64,000 bases of DNA from Lama guanicoe (taxonomy: Eukaryota): assembly GCA_013239625.1 (NCBI GenBank), contig MU056063.1, positions 8,804,122 through 8,868,121 on the forward strand. Reading direction: 5' to 3'. Each line of letters begins with the position of its first letter. The stretch's first letter is position 1. The position numbers were made by a program, and so were the translations under genes. Shown piece after piece: positions 63,101 through 64,000 of this stretch. Under the pieces are notes generated by a model. That model had not been told where the DNA came from, made no database searches, and was given only the letters and a program-made list of their open reading frames with translations.

Positions 63101-64000
63101 AAATCATCCTAGCTGGCGGATGAAACCGGCCTTGTGTTGTCACTGACATTCGTTTGTCAACTGCTCTTGGAGTAGGTGTTAAATTTTAACTGAGGAGCTG
63201 GCGTCGTGAAGCCAAACTGAGGTTTTCCAAGCTGTCAAATGAGAAGAATCCTTAACGATCCCTTCCCCTATTCTTCCTCTGCTCCCGGCACCGAGAGCCC
63301 GTCTCTGCTGCCCTGCGACTTGGCACGCAGCGCTCAGCACAGGGTGGTCCTGGTGCCGCGGTACCAGCCGGCTGCAGAGGAGCCTCCTCACTGCTCACTC
63401 CTGACGGGAGCAGGACTTCGAATCTGCTTCTACACAAAGGAGCCGTAATGACAGCCGTCTCAGAGTCCCTGGACTAAGTGTCGTGTTTGCGTTCTGCAGA
63501 GCCACTGACGTCAGTGTGTGAGTTGGGATTTTCTGGACGGCAGGGGCCTCGGTGGCTGGACCTCAGACGTAGTGGAACCCGGCTCAGAGCTCGGTGACCG
63601 CAGTGACCACAGGCAGCGCTGGGAGGCGCCCTGCACCCTGAGGTCGTGTGTCCGGCCCTGAGGCGCATGGGGAGTTGTGCAGATTTCTGCCCCGCTGTGA
63701 ATTCCCGTGACTGCATGGAAGATGAGTCACGGCGGGGTCCCTGACCCCCGGGAACCTGTGCGAGGGAGGCCGTGTGGCCATGAAATGGCACCTTCCTGGT
63801 GAGGGTTTGGTTTTTTTAGCCACAAACTGAGTGATGATGAAATCTTAAGAGGTGGGGACCTGGGCACTTCCAGACCCTGGGTTGCTGGTCTGTCCGGCGC
63901 GTGGAGGTGAACTGGGGGACCGCTGGCTTCCTTCCAGCTCCTCCCAGAGGACTTGGGTCTGAGGCTTTCGGGGCTTTTCGACCTGGACCCGTGCTCCTCA

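Larger units (their letters stand above)
28547..64000 (+). other. SH3RF3: SH3RF3 intron 1 (5' part; extends past the window end)
   Basis: No ORF encoding the first SH3 domain (expected ...KALYSYEGKEPGDLKF...) appears downstream; the sequence is repeat-containing non-coding DNA. Confidence 0.8.

Noticed and set aside
28547-64000. Intronic miRNA, snoRNA or tRNA genes (I recall a primate miRNA annotated in human SH3RF3 intron 1)
   Set aside because: No convincing hairpin, box C/D, H/ACA or cloverleaf recognised by eye; an Infernal/Rfam and miRBase search would be decisive.

Overview
Mammalian (eutherian) genomic DNA from a GC-rich region. The only supportable protein-coding feature is coding exon 1 of SH3RF3 (POSH2, a RING-SH3 E3 ligase/scaffold) at 28013-28546 on the + strand, inside a ~1.8 kb CpG island. 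Positions 28547-64000 are the start of its long intron 1 (no exon 2 seen) and 1-26700 is upstream non-coding DNA. The rest is old interspersed repeats (L1, L2, MIR, MaLR/ERV LTRs, hAT MITEs), including a retroelement pile-up at ~10.3-16.5 kb with four N-gaps. Almost all ORFs in the track are chance ORFs of GC-rich DNA. I see no evidence of a new multi-gene system. The best leads are a two-ATG (weak then strong Kozak) start, a near-perfect ~248 bp tandem duplication ~3 kb upstream of the gene, a 68 bp duplication carrying four splice-donor consensus sites, a nuclear-receptor half-site array in intron 1, a CpG-rich LTR-like fragment, and strong AT-to-GC drift of L1 relics. Repeat subfamily names and human comparisons come from recalled consensus sequences, not from searches.
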